Assembly (NCBI GenBank): GCA_963839475.1 | Contig: CAWIVH010000012.1 | Coordinates: forward strand, 407,711 to 471,710 | From: an uncultured Acidobacteriota bacterium | GTDB taxonomy: Bacteria > Acidobacteriota > UBA6911 | Direction of reading: 5' to 3' | DNA length: 64,000 nt | In this document: positions 63,949 through 64,000 of the stretch, one piece after another | Layout of the letters: the number at the start of each line of letters is the position of its first letter | Numbering within the stretch: the first letter of the stretch is position 1 | Translations under genes and position numbers: made by a program | Notes under the pieces: model-generated | What the model saw: only the letters and a program-made list of their open reading frames with translations | What the model was told of the DNA's origin: nothing | Database searches by the model: none

Positions 63949-64000
63949 CTAACCGCACCTCACGAAAAGCCGGCACTGGCCGACAGAAGGGTAGGCGGCC

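Larger units (their letters stand above)
34878..64000. mobile_element. tRNA-Met-integrated prophage-like island (left part; right end outside window) carrying a defence cargo
   Basis: Begins directly 3' of the tRNA with a tyrosine integrase, excisionase, Sak4-like ATPase and a cro/cI switch. Cargo genes are visibly more A/T-rich than the chromosome. A lysis-like cassette is at 61.4-63.5 kb. No second copy of the tRNA 3' end was found in the window. Confidence 0.6.

Overview
High-GC (~60%) bacterial window in two parts: an ordinary chromosomal stretch (1-34.8 kb) and the left ~29 kb of a tRNA-Met-integrated, prophage-like island (34.9-64 kb) whose cargo is dominated by anti-phage/restriction functions. 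The many Tat/Sec signal peptides and secreted hydrolases are compatible with an Acidobacteriota-like soil organism; this is a guess from gene content only.

Part A (1-34.8 kb, housekeeping and carbohydrate turnover):
- class II ribonucleotide reductase (5' end outside window)
- secreted alpha/beta-hydrolase followed by a FtsX-type ABC exporter (two permeases plus ATPase)
- HAD hydrolase
- SPFH protein plus a double-Zn-ribbon membrane protein
- Tat-secreted Gfo/Idh/MocA oxidoreductase and sugar-phosphate isomerase
- epoxide-hydrolase-like hydrolase and glycosylasparaginase-like Ntn hydrolase
- endonuclease III, MFS transporter, LepA, TPR lipoprotein, class V aminotransferase
- a ~1000-aa secreted glycoside-hydrolase-like protein
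- two URO-D/MtaA-like paralogs flanking a Zn-ribbon protein and an internally repeated hypothetical protein
- a cytochrome bd-like subunit fused to a di-haem cytochrome c with a CydB-like partner
- tRNA-Met(CAU)

Part B (34.9-64 kb, island):
- a leftward early-type operon: cro-like HTH, Sak4/AAA_24 ATPase, DUF559 nuclease, small Zn-ribbon, excisionase, tyrosine integrase
- a divergent cI-like LexA/S24 repressor (+ strand)
- behind the repressor, in the position lambda uses for rexAB, a ~22 kb same-strand defence cargo: an autoinhibited Fic protein plus an AT-richer 553-aa ORF with a NERD-like motif; a DUF499 / DUF1156-methyltransferase / PLD-SNF2-helicase restriction-like module; a 1400-aa STAND/NACHT-like NTPase-HEAT-repeat-C-terminal PD-(D/E)xK protein; and McrBC with a long N-terminal reader-like extension
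- a leftward lysis-like cassette (SLT muramidase flanked by small membrane/coiled-coil proteins)

The island's right end is not in the window.

The most novel-looking item is the 1400-aa STAND-HEAT-nuclease gene (an inverted Avs/bNACHT-like layout). The repressor-linked defence cargo as a whole is the second most interesting. No CRISPR array, rRNA or transposase was seen.
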